A DNA stretch of 64,000 bases from Eledone cirrhosa (taxonomy: Eukaryota). The position numbers and the translations under genes were made by a program. Shown one piece after another: positions 50,242 to 63,833 of this stretch (its first letter is position 1; every line of letters begins with the position of its first letter). The notes beneath the pieces were generated by a model, which was not told the DNA's origin, did not search any database, and was given only the letters and a program-made list of their open reading frames with translations. The stretch lies in contig OZ024742.1 of assembly GCA_964016885.1 (NCBI GenBank), positions 69,440,001 to 69,504,000 on the forward strand, in the 5' to 3' direction.

Positions 50242-53200
50242 GGCGGTAACTACCGCGGAGTAAGTTGGTTGAATTTTTATGAGTTATCGAAAGTTCTAAT
50301 AATATTTTTTACATCGGTGTGTAGTTAAAGAACCCCTCTGTCAAAGGAGGTGGCTTTTTTAACTGTATCTCGCGCCCTTGGGGGCTAAATTTCCTTTTAT
50401 TTACAATCATAACCCCAAAATAAAAAAAATAAAAAATGGCGGACAAAGAAAAGTGTCCACAGGGAGTTACAGCGAGTTGTTCAGAGGGTGAAACAGCCGT
50501 TTCCACCCAATCACAAGGCAAAGTAAAAAACAAGAGAAACAGCAGCAGCAGCGACAGCGACTGTGATAATGACATCAGCAGCAGCTGTCACTGGAACTGT
50601 AGTAGCAGTAGTGACAATTATAACGAACATTTTCCTGCGTTACAGAAATCAAACACCACTACTACCCCAATAACAACAATAACAACAGCAACAACCACAA
50701 AGAACCCAAAGAACAACAACTATAACAGCAGCAACACAGAGGAAAAGAAAACAAACAAAAACATCGACGACGGCAACAAAGACGAAACTAGTAATGTGTC
50801 AACACAAATCAAAACAAACACATCTTTCGCGAAAGCCACCAACAAGTTTGAGCAAATAAACATCACTAACGAAGAGATAAAACAAGCAAAGGTCTTGGTA
50901 AAAAAAACCGGACACAGAGTAAGTCTCACCCGCCCAGCTGAGATAATAAGAAACAAACTTTTGTGTTCGGTCAGTTATCGCACGATCGGATCAAAATCCA
51001 GGCGAGTTGAACGGGGAACGGAGTCACAGATCCAAAGAGCTATGGGAGCCGTCTGGGCACAGAAAACATATATAGCCCGGGATCGAGATATGGCACTGTG
51101 GATGTGCTCTTCGCTACACCAGAGGAAGCCAGAGCACTCTCCATTGCACCAGTCCGCAGTGACGAAATCCCAATGATGCCCATATATTGCGGCCAGAGAG
51201 TCGTGAGGGTTCGAGTAGGCCAGGTAGCCCCCTCAGTGGAGATGGCGTGGTTGACGGCAGCCGTCCTCGCTGACGTTGAGGATTCAACAACTATACTCAA
51301 CGTCATACGAATAAGACAGAAAAATTGGACAGAGTCGGGGATGGAGCTAATCATCCAAGCAAACCAGGAAAGCGTGAGGCCATCCCCGATGTAATAGACC
51401 TGGACGACGGCAGCCATCTACCCGTGACATTCGAAGGTAGGCGCCCAAGGTGTCATGGAAGCGGTGACAAGACGCACCTTAAAGCATTCTGCCCCAAAAT
51501 TACCAAAACAGGCACGCACCCACCCCTTCTCCCCACGCCGTGCCCCGCAACTGGAGCAGACAAACAAACAAAGAACACAGTGGCAGAAGAGAAATCACCA
51601 TCCCCAACAACAAAAACACCATCTCATCCACCATCCACAAAACCAATGGAAAGCTTACCCCTTCCTGATATAGCCAAATCGGACAAGGAGTGCTATGAGG
51701 CCGAAGAGTGGAGAAATATTCCAACAAAAAAAGGAAGAACTCCCTACCCCCCCCCCCCCAAAAAAAAAAAGAGGAAGAAAGAACCTTAAACATAGAAAAT
51801 GAAACTACCCCACCTCCTCCACCACCATCAACAGCCACACCCCCACAGCCACCTACACCATCACCACCACCACCACTACCAACACCACTACTACCACCAC
51901 TACCACCACCACCACCGCCACCACCACCAACACCACCCTTACCATCTACCCCATCGTCACCTCCGACAACACGACAGCAAACACAGAAAACACCAACACC
52001 CAAACAGCAGACACAATACACAGCCAAAGACACAGACAACACAAAGCTTTTAAATTACATTCAACACCACACCAACATCACAGAAACAAACTACGTACAA
52101 ACAACCAAAATTACAATCCCACACATAAAAATAATAGAAATTACACAAAAAAATTACGTAACATTAAAAAAATTGTTCCCCACATCAATTGGAGACTACC
52201 GAGGGAACATCAACAAAAGAATATTCACGGATATTCTCGTGGAGAAACCCACCAATGGTCGGAGGGATGGATCACCCACCCCCTTCCTAAAGAAGAGCCA
52301 AAGGTAATTTTTTGTAACTCTCCCCTCTCACACGTTTTCCTCCTATCCTAGCCAACATGGCTACTCTCAGAATAAGTAGCATAAATGTTCATGGCCTGGG
52401 GTCGCTAAACATAGATGTGGTGGCCATCAGCGAGACCAGAATCTCCGAGGCGCGGGCCTTAGCATCGTTCTTCGGAGGCTACGATGCGTACGCAACTCCC
52501 AGCCGTCCTGGATCGGGGGGATGAGTTGCTGTGCTTTTTCAGAGAGGTTTGGATCTCGCCATACGGGTCATCTTCCTGGACCCAGAAGGTAAAGTTGGTG
52601 GTGCTGGACGTGACCAGCGGAGACGGGCAAGCTTGCAGGCTAGTGGCCGTCTATGCCCCACAGGAGCAGGGCGGCCTGATTTCTTCCGGTGTCTGGAGAT
52701 CTTTCTTGGAACGTCCCGCTCTTTAGTGTTAGTGGGCGACTGGAACGGGATCTTAGATGCACGCTGGGACTGTGTGGGATTAGCGGATAGGGGAGGAGGG
52801 TGCAAGAGCCTCACCAACCTGCTCAGGCGTTTTGAACTGTCTGACGGTACCGAATCGATTTCCCGAATGTGCCAATGTGGACTTGGACAAATCGCATAGG
52901 GTCATCCAGATCATATCTAGAGATAGTATTTTGTAGGGAAGTAGATAGGTCTAGCATAAGCTGTCCACAATTCAAGATAGTCAGCTACACGGACCAAAAA
53001 TTCGTGATCTGTGTGCTTGACTTACATAGGCTTCATAGACGAGGACCCGGCTCTGGAAGCTAAACGTGTCCTTACCAGCGCGCAAGCGCTGGTAAGGACG
53101 CGTTTAGCCTACAGAGACCGGATTAGCGAACTAGTTAAGCGGGCGTTGACGGGGGCCATCGTCAACAACAAGTGGTAGTTTGCTCTGAAAAGAGCGATTA

Positions 53201-56065
53201 GAATAGAGTCCAGTAGGTTTAGTAAGGCTTTAGCTATAGAGTAAAATAGAGCAGAGGGAGAACTAGTTAGAAAATTAGACGAGGTGCTTCGCAAAGGCAT
53301 CGCGACCGACGTACTTGCGGCGAAATTGCGAAATTGGTTCTTGACCAATTCTTCAATGCAAAGCACAAAAGCTGTGTTGTCAGAGCTAGGGTGCGTGCTC
53401 TCAGACACGAGGGGACGAAAGCCGATCAATTGGTCCGAGTAATGGAGGCGCGTCGTAGGCAACAAAGCCACGATCCTGTTTTGGTGGACCACGACGGGCG
53501 CATGCTACTCGATCCCGGGAAAATGTGTGAAGCTTTTCAGCGACACTTCGCCCAGCTGTTCGGGGGCAGCGGCGGCGGGACGAATCGAGGGATGGACTTT
53601 AGTGTCTACCTCGAGGGACTGCCGCTGCTCTCGGCTACTGAGGCGGAGTGTTGCGAAAAGCCGATAACAGCCGCTGAAGTACGGGAGGCAATGACTGGCT
53701 GCACAAGGGGTAAATAGCCTGGTTTGGATGGTCTGCCCTATGAACTTTATGTACAGATGCCAGACTTGTTCGGAGGTCTCTTGGCGGACGTCTACTGCAA
53801 CTGGCAACAGAACGAGAGAATTCCCAGCTCTGTGAGCCTTGGAGTGGTGGCGCTGCTGAGAAAGGATCCGAACAAGGGGGATAACATAGATAATTTCAGG
53901 CCCATAACTCTGCTAAACACAGAGTTCAAGATTTTGGCCAAGGTGCTAGCAAAGAGGTTGGCGCTTGTCGTTGGTGATCTTGTGGGAGAGGCACAGACAT
54001 GCACCATTCCCGACAGATCCATCCACGACAACCTCCACCTCATGCGATACATCGTAGAGAGGGTAGCTAGGGAAGCTAGCACGGGTGGGTCCTTGATCAA
54101 TTTAGATCAGTCGAAAGCTTTCGATAGGGTCGACCATCGTTACCTAGCTGCAGTCCTGAGAGCGGCTGGCTTTGGGTCCGTCTTCAGAGGCTGGATCGCT
54201 GCCATGCACAGCTACATCTGCTCTGTGGTGAGAGTGAACGGTCACCTTTCGAAATCGTTCAACATCATGCGCTCGGTCCGCAAAGGATGTCCCCTCTCGT
54301 CCCTCTTGTACGTATTGACTCTGGAGTCATTACTGCACAAACTGGAGACGTTGAGGGGGATCCCGCGCGAACTAGGACCCGGAAGATCCGTGTCAGCATA
54401 TGCGGACGATGTCACCGTAGTGGAGTAGAACGCCAAACACATCGAGGCGATCAGCACTACACTAAGAGTATACAAACGGTGACAGGAGCAATGATCAACC
54501 AGGAAAAGTCAGTGGGCCTGCAGCTCGGCACCTGGAGATGCATGTTCATGCCGTCCAACAACGTCGTCGGACGCTGGACGGGCGGACCGGTTAAATTGCT
54601 AGGGGTCTGGTTCGGTCCGGACCTCCAGACGGACAAAAACTGCGACGAGGTGACAAGCAGGGTGGCTTCTCTCAGCCAGAAATGGGCGGAGAGGAAGCTA
54701 TCCCTGAAATGTCGAGTGGAGGTGGCTAACGCGTACATCGCGTCCGTCAACTACTACCGCCTGACCGTCGTACCTTGTCCTAAGCCGTGCCTGACTGCGC
54801 TGGAGCGTTTGCTCTTTCGCTTTTTGTGGAAGGGACGCGCTCCGATTGTGAGGTGGTCCATCTGCTGTCAACACCCGCTACGTGGAGGGCTGGGCATGTC
54901 GTGGCTGATGATGCGCAGAAACGCGCTCAGGCTACGATATCTCCACCCCTTCCTCGACGGTGATCAGGTGTGGTCGCCGTTTGCTAGAGGCGTCTTTCCC
55001 CAGCTCGTCTCCTTGACGGAGCTGCAGTCCTAGGTCAAGCGAAGACCGAGAGGGAACGCTTGGAGACTGGAATCTTTTCAGGCGCTCACAGCCCTCGACC
55101 AATCGGGCAATGTGATCGGTGGAAACTCCACCTTGGCGTTCTATAGAGGATTAGTGGAGGGGAAGGGCGACGACGTACTTGGAGAAATTCTAGGCGTCGA
55201 CGAAAATCAACTAGCCAATCTCTTCGAAAGATCTTTCGGGCCGTGGCCTATGGACAGCTTCCAGAAATCCCTGGTCTGGCAGTGATACCGAGGAGCTTTG
55301 CCAGTTCGGGATAAACTCTACAGACATAGAGGTTTTTTTACACGCAGAAATGCCCATTTGTACCGCCTGTATTGTCCTGTACTGTCCTTAATGTCTACTT
55401 TATGTAAACCCTTGTGGTTAATAAAGAAAGCATTATTATTATTTGTCCAGTGTCCGAGAATTGCTGATTTGTGGGTTTATGTCGAACACCTGCTGTCGCG
55501 TGTAGGACGGATCCGGCTATCAGCTGAGTCCATCGTGAGGATTTCCCCGCCTTTTCCTTTAGCCGGGAAGGGCAGGCAGTTTTTATCTGTCTGGTGACCA
55601 TGGCGAAAGAGATAGTATGGTGGACAAGTTTGAAAGGGCTGAAGACGAGCACTTACCTCTTCGGTGATGCCCTGATTGAATTTTTCAAATTTCATTTGAA
55701 AAGGAAAATCAGGGTAGAGAGGGAAGTGCCCTCTTCCCAGCATTTTGTTGAAAGATGGGTGAGAGAAGCAAGAATGGCCCGAGTGAATGGGCCTACTCTG
55801 TGTATGTGTCTGTAAATTAAAGGTGGAAAACTGGGAGAGGGCACTTGCCTTGGTGGTCAGGGTTACTGTGGCCTTTTAATGGGCTTTCTCCACAAATGTC
55901 CCTCCGAAGTCTCCCTCCTATTGGGGAATTTTTCATTGTTATTTTTTTTGTTACATCCTATGATTTTGTTTTTTACACGCAGAAATGCCCATTTGTACCG
56001 TCCTGTATTGTCGTGCACTGTATTTAATGTCTACTTTATGTAAACCCTTGTGGTTAATAAAGAAA

Positions 56066-56112
<47 letters not shown>
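50242..56112 (+). mobile_element. Full-length L1/Tx1-type LINE copy B (disabled; different ORF1 type)
   Basis: 5' GGCGG, ORF1 at 50436-52307 (frameshifted), ORF2 at about 52357-55815 with complete RT region but many stops, AATAAA and (ATT)n tail at 56068-56112. Confidence 0.92.
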
Positions 56113-59100
56113 GGCGACCTACGTAGGAAATCGTATTATCGTGAGCTCCGCAAAGGTTTGTTATTTCCGTTTGTTTAAAAATTGCCATTTATGGAAAATT
56201 TTATTGTAAACTGTTTATAAGCACACATACATTGTTTTCCGAAAAGGACACCCAAAAAGATTGGGGCCTTGTGCCCAAAATTTTAACTTTTATTATTATC
56301 CAAAAATTTCTTTGAAAAAAATGGCTAATTCCCCTCTGCACGAAGCAGCTGAAAGCCTTCCTCACAAAATAACACCTCACACCGACACCACCATTGTAAA
56401 TGTTACTACGTTTGCCAACACAAAAAAAAATATTAGCAGTAGCAATATTTTAAATTTGTCTCAGGCAGACATTCATTTCCCGCCATTACCAATGACTGCA
56501 GGTGTTAAACCCTCCACCACCACCACCACCGCGACAACCACCACCACCACCACCACCACCGCGACAACAGAAACAAAAGAAGAAAAAAATAAATTAACTC
56601 GTGACGTCGAAATGAAATCAAGCAAAATGGACTCTTCCCCACCAAAGACGACTGACGTCACCACCACCACAACTGAAAATAAAATTAATATTAACGATAG
56701 CAACAACAACAACAATGACATTATAAAACCGACCCTCAGTTTCGCCATCGTAGCAAAACAATTCGAAGCGTTCACGGTAACTCAAGAAGATTTAGAAAAT
56801 GCCAAACAAATGGTAAAGAAAGATGGGTACAGGGTCAGCCTCACCCCCCACCTAATAAAATGGAGCATCGGCGCCTGTGCACCGTGTCGTATAGAACAAT
56901 AAATGTAAAATCGCGCCGAGTGGAACGGGCATCCGAGTCCCAAATCCAAAAAGCTTTGGGACATGTGTGGGCAAGAAAAACCCACATCAGACGTGGGCAA
57001 AAGTATGGAACCGTGGATGTGTTCTTTGAAACACCAGAGGAGGCTAGAGAACACTCCATGGCCCCATTAAAAAGTGACGACCTCACACTCGTCCCAAGCT
57101 ATTGTGGCCAGAGACTCGTAAAGATCAGGGTGACCCACGTTCCACCGGCATTCGAAATTCCCTGGCTAATAGCGGCTGTCCTCGCCGGCATCGAAGCCAA
57201 CACGAAAATAATAGCAGTAGCAAAAGAAAAGCAGGAAAACTGGTCCGGATCTGGGATGGAGCTCCTGATCCAAGCGGACCAAAAAAGCATTGAGGAGATC
57301 CCAGAGGTAATAGACCTCACTGATGGGAGCCACCTCACGGTAATTGTCGAGGGCAGAAGACCTAGGTGTGTCGTTTGTGGTGAAGGAACCCACCTAAGGG
57401 CTTTCTGCCCTCAGGCTAAAAGGATGAGGCCACCTCTCCTACCCACCCCAGTCACACAACCATCAACACCACCAGTAGCAGAGATGGCAGCAACAACTGT
57501 AGCAGCAACAACAGAAGCAACTATAACAGCAACAACCCCAGCAACGGTAGCAAAACCAACACCACTACCACCACCAGCAAAACCAACACCACCACCACCC
57601 AACGCTTCAGAACTAGCACCAGCGCCTACACCATCCACCACACCACAACCAAAACTAACGGCTGTGGAGGATTTTCCACTCCCCGGCCTATCACAACTGG
57701 AGACAGATTGTGACGACGAGGAGTGGGAAACGATATCCGGAAAAAAAAAAAGAAACCAAAAAAGAAAAAATTCTCTTCCTTCCCCCTCCAAAAACAAAAT
57801 ACAGAGGGAAACAAATAAACAAAGAAACAAAAAAGTTAGGACAGATATGCCACCATCCACACCAGCATCACCAACCCCATCAACCCAAACACCAACACCA
57901 TCACCATCATTATCCCCAGCACCACCATCACCTACACCACAAAAGTCACCAAAATGCGAAACAGAAACAAACCCACAACAAACGCAAACAAAACAAAACA
58001 ACCAAAACGATACACACTACACAGCATTAAATTTGAACAACAAGCAATTATTACACTACATCCAACACAACACCAGCTTCACAGAAAAAGACTACACAAC
58101 AACCCCAAAATTCACACCACCTCCACACATACAAATCACTCGCATCACACAGAAAACGTACATGACACTAAAACAAAAATTCCCCAAAGACATCGGAGAC
58201 TTCCGACAAGCACTCTCCAGGAGGATTTATAAGGACATCCTTCCTGAGGAGGCCACAAGCAGTGAAAAGGATGGAAAAGCCGTCCTTCCCCTACGAGAAG
58301 TAAGGTAAGTGGTCTTTCCCATCTTTTCCACTCCTTTTCAACATGACCTCACTCAGAATAGGCAGCATAAATGCGCGTGGCTTGGGGTCGTCATGGAAGC
58401 AGGGCCACCTGCTCAACGACCTCAGGTCACTAAACATAGATGTAGTGGCCATCAGCGAGACCAGAATCTCCGAAGCACAGGCTTTCGCACCGATCTTCGG
58501 CGGCTACGATGTGTACGCATCTCCCAGCCGTCCGGGATCGGGGGGAGGAGTTGCTGTGCTTTTTCGGAGAGGTTTGGATCTTGCCATACGGGCCATCTTC
58601 CTGGACCCAGAAGGTATGTTGGTGGTGCTGGACGTGACCAGCGGAGACGGGCAAGCTTTCAGGTTAGTGGCCGTCTATGCCCCGACAGGAGCAGGGCGGC
58701 CTGATTTCTTCCGGCGTCTGGAGACCTTTCTTGGAACGTCCCGCTCTTTAGTGTTAGTGGGCGACTGGAACGGGATCTTAGATGCACGCTGGGATTGTGT
58801 GGGATTAGTGGATAGGGAAGGAGGGTGCAAGAGTCTCACCAACCTGCTCAGACGTTTTGAACTGTCTGACAGGTACCGAATGGATTTCCCGAATGTACCA
58901 ATGTGGACTTGGACAAATCGCATAGGGTCATCCAGATCATATCTAGATAGAGTATTTTGTAGGGAAATAGATAGGTCTAGCATAGGCTGTCCACAATTCA
59001 AGATAGTCAGCTACACGGACCACAAATTCGTGATCTGTGTGCTTGACTTAGATAGGCTTCATAGACGAGGACCCGGCTACTGGAAGCTAAACGCGTCCTT

Positions 59101-59986
59101 ACCAGCGCGCAAGGCCTACAGAGACCGGATTAGCGAACTAGTTAAGCGGGCGTTGACGGGGGCCATCGTCAACAACAAGTGGTGGTTTGCTCTGAAAAGA
59201 GCAATTAGAATAGAGTCCATTAGGTTTAGTAAGACTTTAGCAATAGAGAAAAATAGAGCAGAGGGAGAATTAGTTAGAAAATTAGATGAGGCGCTTAGCA
59301 AAGGCATCGCGACCGACGTGCTTGCGGCGAAATTGGCCCTTGACCAATTCTTCAATGCAAAGCACGAAGGCTGCGTTGTCAGAGCTAGGGTGCGTGCTCT
59401 CAGACACGAGGGGACGAAAGCCGTTCAATGGGCCCGAGTGGCGGAGGCGCGTCGTGGCAACAAAGCCACGATCCGGTCTTTGGTGGACCACGACGGGCGC
59501 ATGCTACTCGATCCCGGGCAAATGTGTGAAGCTTTTCAGCGACACTTCGCTCAACTGTTCGGGGGCAGTGGCGGGCCGGATCGAGGGATAGACTTTAGTG
59601 TCTACCTCGACGGACTGCCGCGGCTTTCGGCCACTGAGGCGGAGTGTTGCGAAAAGCCGATAACAACCGCTGAAGTACGGGATGCAATGACTAGTTGCAC
59701 AAGGGGTAAATCGCCTGGTTTGGATGGTCTGCCCTATGAACTTTACGTACAAATGCCAAACTTGTTCGGAGGCCTCTTGGCGGACGTCTACTGCAACTGG
59801 CAACAGAACGGGAGAATTCCGAGCTCTGTGAGCCGAGGAGCGGTGGCGCTGCTGAGAAAGGATCCGAACAAGGGGGATAACATAGATAATTTTAGGCCCA
59901 TAACTCTGCTAAACACAGAGTTCAAGATTTTGGCCAAGGTGCTAGGTTCCCAACCTCCACCTCATGCGATACATGCGATACATCGT
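56113..59986 (+). mobile_element. L1/Tx1-type LINE copy C (near-identical to copy A; 3' truncated)
   Basis: Starts GGCGACC right after the tail of copy B. ORF1 at 56321-58308 with one frameshift; ORF2 open from 58343 to KILAKVL. Confidence 0.93.
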
Positions 59987-62870
59987 TTTGAGGGCCTGCT
60001 CCTGCGCAGCCATTATCATTCCTTCTGTAGCCTTTTTGAGGTCTCCTCTTCTCAACCAGTTCCATGTCTGTGGATCTCTAAATTCAGTTTTCTCAAAGAA
60101 GGTACTATGAAGGGATTTTCCCTTAAGGCTGCTCTTCCTCCTTGATGTTATTTCCTCCTTGGACATCCCCTGGCCTACTGTCCCCTCCTTCAGTACAGTT
60201 TTGAGCATTGGCTCCTTACTATAGGTCACGTATTTGTATAGGTTGTTTTTCTCCATCTGAACACAGTCCTCTATGCTGATAAGACCTCTTCCACCCTCAG
60301 ATCTCCTCAGGTAGAGTCTATCGACATCACTCCTCTTGTGGAACATGTTGTAGATAGTCAATAGCTTCCTAGTCTTCCTATCCATTTCTTTTTGTTCAGC
60401 AACATTCCATCTCAGAATCCCCGCACTGTACCTAATAATAGACACAGCTCGGGAATTTACTGCGCTTATGGCATTTCTGCTGTTCAGATGTGACTTCAAT
60501 ACGCTCCTTACTCTCCGAATGTATTCAGTTCTTAACAATTCCTTCATTTTTTTGTTCTTTATGCCATCAGCCTCCAGAACGCCCAAATACTTGTATCCTT
60601 CCTCAGAGTCAATTTCCTTTATCATCTCACCTGTTGGTATCTGGATCCCGTTACTTCTGCTCAACCTACCCCTCTTCATCACAATGACTCCACATTTACT
60701 AATACCAAACTGCATACATATATCACTGCTGAAAATACGGACAGTGTCAACAAGCACATCCAACTCCTTCTCACTTTTCCCGAAGAGCTTAAGATCGTCC
60801 ATGAAGAGGAGGTGATTGATGGTAAGCTCTCCTTTTCCCAACTTGTATCCTGCTCTCACTTTTCGCAGCATAATGGGGCAAGGACAAACAAAAGAGGGGA
60901 CAGGCTATCTCCCTGGAAGATACCTCTCTTGATCTTCACGCTTCCCAAGGATACTCCAGTTGATGTCAACTCTGTCTCCCAGGACCCCATACTCCTGCCC
61001 AGCAACTGTCTGATGTTATCTGCCACCCTGAAGATCTACAGGCTTTTGGTGATCCAAGAATGAGGCACCATGTCAAATGCCTTTCTGTAGTCTATCCATC
61101 CCATGGCAAGATCAGTGTGTATCCTCCTGCAATTCCCCATTACCATCTTATCAATAAGTAACTGGTCCTTTGTACCACGTGACTTCTTTCGGCATCCTTT
61201 CTGTTCGTCCGGTAACAAGTTGTTTGTGTGGAGGTGATGGTAGATTTCCTCAGACACAATGCTCGTCAACAGTTTCCACATTACGGACAGACATGTGATA
61301 GGTCTATAGTTGGTAACATCATTACCCTTGATTCGGTCTTTCATTATCAGAACTGTGGTACCTTTTGTCAACCACTCTGGCACCTCACCCGACACCAAGC
61401 AGACATTGAACATGGCCGTCAGCTTCGGGTGGATGGATGTTAAATTTTTAATCCAATACCCCTGCACACCATCTGGGCCTGGTGTTTTCCAGTTGGTTAG
61501 TTTTTTGGCCTGCCCCTTAAGCATTTCAACTGTGATACTCAAATCAGTTTGTTGGTGTGGCTGCTCACCGATCTCCCTCTGTACTGTCTCAATCCACCCT
61601 GCCTGGACATTATGTCTAACATCCTGCTCCCATATTCCTCTCCAGAATGTTTTAGTTTGCTCCGCCCCAGGGATCAAGTCGTTGCCTCTTTCTTTCCCCT
61701 CAAGCTGTCCAAACAGCATCTTCTGGTTGTTGTCGAACATGCGGTTCTCTTTATACTGACTGACTCTGTTCTCGTATCGCCTGATTTTTGCACTCTTTGC
61801 TACAATGCGTTGCTTCAGTTCCTCTATGATAATATTTAGCTTTTTCCTCCTAGTTTTGTACTTTATTTCTAGTCTATTTTTAGTGCCTATGTTTTTTAGT
61901 GTCCCATTCAGTAGTGACTCAAGCTTTCCTATGTCATTTCTCATTTCCCCGATTTGACCACTCAGTCGTTTCTTCCACCACGGCTCTGCTCTTTCTTGTC
62001 TGTTCTTTCCTCTCGCTTTTATACCAAGTAGTTTCCTCACCGTATTTGCTGTTGCTTTGAGGATATTGTTGCACTGGTGAAGGCTCCTCGCCTCAAGGTA
62101 TGGGATGACTTTGTTTACCTTAGCTGTTGTTTCTTTTAACTTTTTCCTGTCTACAAATCTTAGGTTCATAGGTCTCCCACTATCATTGTTCAATTCATCT
62201 ACCACTAAATTTAGGATGCCAACTGAATCTTGTCCTAGCCCGTCAGCATTCATCTCCTCAGTGGCCGTATCTCTGTTCCAGGTATTATTTATCTAAGTAT
62301 TCAGATCATTGTCTGCTTCGGGTGGTTCCTCCGTTCTCAGGACCTCTTCACCTTCATTTCCCACTGGCTCGCTTGTCTGGCATACTACACCCGCCATCTC
62401 CAAGCCATTCTCTCTGCTCAGTTCCTCCAGTTCCAGCTCGCTTATCCACCCATTAGTTCTTATTACCCGAGCCTGCCCGGCCAATTTTTGTTCATCTAAT
62501 TTAAATAGACCAATCTCGTTCCAGATGTTATGCATCCGTCTCCTGTAGCCCCTCTCCTTGGGGTTACTTTTCAGGTAACATTGCATAACAGTTCTATTCA
62601 ATTCTTTAGTCCAGTTGGTTCTGGCCCCTTTCCTTCTTCTTCTTCCTCCAACATCAGCAGTATTTGGTTGACAGTCAGGTTCCTGCTGCTGAGCCAGGGG
62701 GCACCTGTTGGGTGAGAGTCTGTCACATGACGTTCTAGTCTCCATTTCACCGTTATTCGAACTGTTTATGTTCGATATTTCAACACTCTTATCGAGGATT
62801 GGCGAATGTATGGTTACATAGCCATCTGTGGATTCGCCGTTCCACTTGGCCCTTGTGTGGCATTATCACC
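59987..62870 (-). mobile_element. R4/Dong-type LINE, 5' region + RT; endonuclease end lost
   Basis: N-terminal WTKELN..CY..S.P..RGYRRRMHNIW..EQKLAGQARVI. RT motifs NWKTPGPDG, NYRPITCL, EQKGC..GTKDQLLID, DYRKAFDMVPH, HLLFMDDLKL. Stops at QEQALKT. Confidence 0.92.
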
Positions 62871-62879
62871 ACGCTGTAT

Positions 62880-63802
62880 ACGAACACACATAAACAAACA
62901 AACACACAGGCAGAAAGGGCCCCAAAAATGAATAAGCATAAGTTTCATTGTAATGTAGTGTTCGAATGTCTGACTTAGTTTTTGTTTTTTTAGTTTTAGT
63001 TCCCCCCCCCCTCTTCTCTGTCCGTCCGCCTGCTTCTCTCTTCATTCTTATTTTCTTTACGTTTTTTGTTTTTGTTTTTCTCTGTTTGTTTTTCTCGTTT
63101 TTTGCTGTTGTTGCTGTGCTGCTTTGGTTTTGTTGTTTGTTTTTTCTTTTTTCTTTTGAGTCTATCTATATATTTATTTTGATGCCTTCCTCTTTTTTAG
63201 TAGTAGGAATTCTATAATGTGGTGGCAGCAGCCAGCTATAGAGAAGTGGATGACTGGCGGCGGTAGCGATACTGAGACAGTGGTGGTGGTGATGTCGATA
63301 CCGAGGCAGTGGTGGTGGCGATGTGATCGTATTACTGTGGTGATGGTGTTGTAGTGGTGGTAGCAGTGAAGGAGTGAAGGAGTGGTGATGGGATAGTGGT
63401 CGTAATGATGGCAGTAGTGAGCGGTGGTGGTAAAATTGCCGTTATCTGGCTGTTGTGTTTAGTGTGCACAGGTGATGAGGTGGGTGGTGTATCTAGTTTC
63501 TGGTGTTGGTGAGTTTGGCTGTTCTATATAGTGTAGACAGAGGAGAGGAGGGGGGTTCTTCTTCCATTTATAGCCATTTTCTTTTTTGGATATACAGTGT
63601 ACAATACAAAGTTGAATATTTGAATATTTGAGCCTTATAACAATATATTTTGGGTCCGAATTTTTGGGGCTGAAGCCGGGTGCTTTACGTAGCATTTGTA
63701 CTAAGAGTTGTTATTTCACAAATGATTTAAATATGTTAAAAATTCAAAACTTACGGGAGCGATTTCATGACCTCCGCCACCTCGTGCGTCTTCTTCCTCC
63801 AA
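62880..63802 (-). mobile_element. Probable 5' UTR / ORF1 start of another Tx1-like LINE
   Basis: Begins GG after (TAA)nTT; A-rich CCAAAAAAGAAAATGGCT start context like copies A-C; low-complexity Thr/Asn-rich sequence follows. Confidence 0.4.
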
Positions 63803-63833
63803 TTATTATTATTATTATTATTATTGTTGTTAT

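Noticed and set aside
62760-62880. HDV-like or hammerhead ribozyme at the Dong 5' end
   Set aside because: A GGCGAAT/ATTCGCC stem exists, but I could not assign P3/L3/P1.1 or a CUGANGA core.
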